Shown: one piece after another, positions 60,601-64,000 of the stretch
Numbering within the stretch: the stretch's first letter is position 1
Layout: each line of letters begins with the position of its first letter
NCBI GenBank assembly: GCA_000004985.1
Contig: GG738890.1
Reading direction: 5' to 3' (one strand)
Length of the DNA: 64,000 nucleotides
Origin: Naegleria gruberi
Lineage: Eukaryota
Program-made: the position numbers and the translations under genes
Notes under the pieces: generated by a model
Seen by the model: the letters and a program-made list of their open reading frames with translations, nothing else
Database searches by the model: none
Told to the model about the DNA's origin: nothing

Positions 60601-62852
60601 CCAGTAATCTCTACAAACCCAAGACTTATCAGTTTAGCTAATTGAAACGTCAAATCTTTAGGAGACGGTTTTTCAATCAGGTCATAGGCTTTCAATGAAT
60701 CAATAGAAATAGGTTTAGAGGAATCCTGATGGAGAATTATTTGAAGCAAAACAGAGCCGAGATGAGATCTAAATATTTCTGCAGGTTGTGAGATACTGAA
60801 TTGCTCAAAGTCTGATAATGAATAAAGGTTATAACATTCACCAGGTTGGGTTCTACCAGCTCTACCCCTTCTTTGCTTTGATGAAGATTGACTAATGTAG
60901 TTTACCTTAAGAAGGGAAATGTTTCTGTTTTGGTCAAAAGTTCTTTCTTTTACACGTCCGCTATCAATTATTGTGGTAATACCATTAATTGTAACTGATG
61001 TTTCAGCAATGTTGCTAGAGAAAATAACCTTTGTCTTGCCTTTGATTGGATTCAAAGCTCTTTGTTGGCTTTCAACAGGAAGCTTTCCGTGGAGTGGAAG
61101 AATTTCAATTTGTTCTTTGAATGACGTCTTGTTTTTAAGCATTGATTTTAATTTGTGACAAGCAGAATCAATTTCTTCAGGATTAGTCAAGAATACCAAT
61201 ATATCACCGGACAACTTATTTCCTGCTTTGGATCTAGATGAGAGAACAGAAACAACCTTTTTTACGCTTTGTTCAACATATTTGTCTTCTGATTTCTCCC
61301 AATGAACCTCAACTGGATACAATTGGCCAGGCACTCTAATAATTGGACAATCATTAAAATATTTGGAGAATAAATTTTCATCAATAGTGGCAGAGGTAAT
61401 AATAATTTTCAATGGGTCTCCAGTTCCTTTTCTTTCCTTGTACAGTTTCTTTAGTTCACAAAGAAGAATGTCTGTAAAAACAGTTCTTTCATGTGCCTCG
61501 TCAATTATTACACAACTATAATTTTTCATCTTCTTTTTCAATAATTCATGAAGGAGAGCTCTGTCAGTCATGAACATGAGTTTGTTTTTTCTCCAATCTT
61601 CAGGTGTCAACCTCTTGTCAACAGATCTAATTAGTGGACTATCAGTGCATAACATTTCCTCACTAATTCTTTTAGCTAATGATTGAGCCGCAATCTTTCT
61701 TGGTTGGGTACAAACAATTTTCTTTTTGAATATACCAGATTCTAATAAATACTGAGGTATTTGTGTAGACTTTCCGCTTCCTGTATGACCAACGATCAAA
61801 ACAACATCGTTACTTGAAATTTCATCAATAATCTTTTGTCTAAATGCATAAAAAGGAAATAGATTTGTTGCTCTTTTCAATTCCCTTTCAATGGCCTTAA
61901 TTTTGATTTCTAACTTTACCTTTGATTCCAAAATTCTCTTAGTTTGGATTTCAAAGGTGGCCTGTTGCTCTAACAGTAGGGTTTCTTCAGATTTTATGGC
62001 AAGTTTGTTTTCTATGTACTTTTCATAGTCAGATTCTAACAGCTTGACATTTTCCCTGTTCTTACGTTGAATATCTTTAAGTCGTATTCCAAACTGGCTC
62101 TTCATCTTGGAAGTTTCAAAGTACGCTTCATCCACCTCTTTGATTTTGGATTTGTTAGAAGAGTAGGTATCCAAAATAAATGAACCAAATGGATCAGGGA
62201 GAAGCTGCTCTTCGAATGAATAATCATTGTCTAAGAATTCTAAACCGTTTGATACAACACTACTAGAATCACTGATGACTGACATTGTTTCATCAGTAGA
62301 GCTGTCATCATCACTGTCAGATTCAACCAAAGTTTTCCTTTCTTTCATCTTGCTTTGTTGTCTCTTATTGAAAGTGCTAGCATTCGACAATGATGAGTGA
62401 TCAAAAGTACAGCAAATTTTGAAGCATTCTGCTCCATGCTGGCACTTTTTTCTGTTATTGTGTTCGTACAAGCATTCACGGTTAGCACATTCATCTCCCT
62501 TTTCACAAGTAATTGGTACAAGTTTAGGTAATCTTTCATCTCCCTTTGACTTGTTAACAGTGGAAGGAGGATTAGCTCCAAGACCATTCTTGTGGTTTTT
62601 GTTCTTGTTGTCTCCTTGTTTTTGGCTCTTTGCTACTCCACTTGCTACATTATTCTTGATGGAAACAGCCGAGCTGAGAGTGTTGCCTGCTGGAGGGGTG
62701 ATTGTAGAATTGTTAGCTGTGTGATCTAATGTACATTTAATATTCTTACAGCTAGAACCAAATCTACATTTCATTCTAGAGTTATGACGAAAAGTACACT
62801 CAATGTTTTTACACTTGTCATCAAATTTGCAAAGGGGAATGTGTGGTAACAT
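57612..62852 (-). CDS. CCCH zinc-finger / DEAH-box helicase / RBR (RING-IBR-RING) E3-ligase fusion protein
   Basis: 1746 aa. N-terminal tandem CCCH-like fingers ([34 protein letters not shown]). DEAH helicase core (GHTGSGKST ... IIDEAHERT ... SATID ... QRRGRAGR) with HA2/OB-like regions. C-terminal RBR (CDICCNDI...[40 protein letters not shown]). Same domain order as plant DEAH11/12-type proteins (from memory). Confidence 0.8.
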   Translation of the reverse strand: [1746 protein letters not shown]

Positions 62853-63094
62853 TTCTTCAACCGTTTTTTTAGTTTTGAATTACCATCAACTTCATGTCAT
62901 GCCAACCGAGTCACATTCATGAATTCCCAAGGTCGTACAAGTCAAAATGGCTAAGAAATCTGGCATCACCCCAAAATTAATAATTATTATTTTAGTTTGG
63001 TACCAAATTACAACATTATACAAATGACAACTCTCATTGACAGTTAGGAAATGACTCTCTTAACAAGTTAGCCAAAGTCAAGGCATCTTCGAAC

Positions 63095-64000
63095 CTATTG
63101 TAAAGAACAATTCTTTTTTTTTGAGGCAAAAGTGTGAAATCTGAAAGCCATGGCAGATCTGTACATTTCATCAAAGACTGATTTGAGCCCCTGTTGTGTT
63201 AAGCTTGAACAGTAACCTATTTGTACGAGATGTGGAAAGTTATGAAATTTTCTTTCCAGAGTAAGTTGTCCTGCTAGTGAGTAGGCATCCAAATCCTTTC
63301 CTGTTATTATAATGTGAATTGGAATAAGGGGAAAATTCATGACAAGTTTTCTCAAATTCTGAAGAATATGTTTCTCAAATAATTGTTCATCATCCACAAG
63401 ATTATTCAGTTCTGTACATTTACAAGTAAAAGCCACAACATCAAAAGGCTGTTTGATAACTTCTTGAACAATCTTCTCATTTGACAAGGACATAGACTGC
63501 ATTGTGCACATTATCACACATCCATCAATCATAATATTTGCTTCAAACAATGACGCCTTTTCTATCATACCATCTTCTGGGAAGTAATTAGTACAATAAG
63601 AACAGAGTAAACTGGATTTTCCACTTTTAGGAAGCCCTATAATTCCAATATTCAGCCGTAAAGGGGTTGATGTTAAACTACTTGCTCGTTCCATGACAAC
63701 AGAAGGTGATTTACCAACATCATATTTTGGTAGAGAACTTTCTAATAATTCTCTTTCAAAATTAATCATTTCTCTAAAGATGTGAAATAATGTCTTGACA
63801 GATTTTAATCTCAACCCTAACAATTCTAATTGGTAAATAATAAAAGTCTTATTCTCTTTCAAACTGTTCTCTTTCAATTCTTCAAATTTTGGTAAATTCC
63901 TATATAATTGCAATAACTTTCTATATTGATTTACATCTACAATCCAATTAGATTTTGATCCTTCTTCTACAATCATTCCTTCAATACAATTTACTACTCT
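63095..64000 (-). CDS. Divergent small-GTPase-like protein, 5'-partial (runs off window)
   Basis: P-loop 'IGIIGLPKSGKSS' and 'ITGKDLD' (NKxD-like). The frame is open upstream of the ATG at 63976 to the window end, and that ATG has non-A-rich context. Loosely similar to the GTPase domain of 16731..17759. Confidence 0.4.
   Translation of the reverse strand, partial: RVVNCIEGMIVEEGSKSNWIVDVNQYRKLLQLYRNLPKFEELKENSLKENKTFIIYQLELLGLRLKSVKTLFHIFREMINFERELLESSLPKYDVGKSPSVVMERASSLTSTPLRLNIGIIGLPKSGKSSLLCSYCTNYFPEDGMIEKASLFEANIMIDGCVIMCTMQSMSLSNEKIVQEVIKQPFDVVAFTCKCTELNNLVDDEQLFEKHILQNLRKLVMNFPLIPIHIIITGKDLDAYSLAGQLTLERKFHNFPHLVQIGYCSSLTQQGLKSVFDEMYRSAMAFRFHTFASKKKNCSLQ

Overview
The window is eukaryotic nuclear DNA from a gene-dense, AT-rich, intron-poor genome. 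Genes carry an A-rich start context (aaaaaaATG, often ATGTCT). They have few, short GTAAGT/GTATGT...(T/C)AG introns of 45-300 nt. Protein families are protist/amoebozoan-like (F-box/LRR expansions, eIF2-alpha kinase, LZTR1-like, ARPC1, cathepsin B, Atg4), but the organism cannot be assigned from sequence alone. There are no prokaryotic, phage or CRISPR features. I support about 35 protein-coding genes. Recognised products: Nup62/Nsp1 FG-nucleoporin, GMP synthase, Ola1/YchF, HAD hydrolase, CBS protein, a ThrRS-like protein with degenerate active sites, cathepsin B-like protease, GST, CDC123, Atg4, a 7TM protein, eIF2AK, LZTR1-like Kelch/BTB, ARPC1, a P-loop NTPase, an RNA-ligase-like nucleotidyltransferase, a RluA pseudouridine synthase, a giant CCCH-DEAH-RBR helicase, and several F-box, LRR and divergent GTPase genes. 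There are two non-coding RNA gene clusters. The first holds 5S rRNA, U1 snRNA and tRNA-Val at 11.4-14.0 kb. The second holds 5S rRNA, U2 snRNA and tRNA-Met at 24.7-25.7 kb. Two further tRNA-Met(CAU) copies lie elsewhere, and one carries a 53-nt D-loop insertion with a 6-bp flanking duplication. Other notable items: 175-bp direct repeats bracketing a 4.3-kb segment, frameshifted or decayed F-box/LRR genes, a divergent pair of small paralogous ORFs, and conserved upstream blocks at the 5S and tRNA-Met genes. Several ORF-track 'M' starts are really TTG/GTG; I re-anchored those genes on ATGs with A-rich context.
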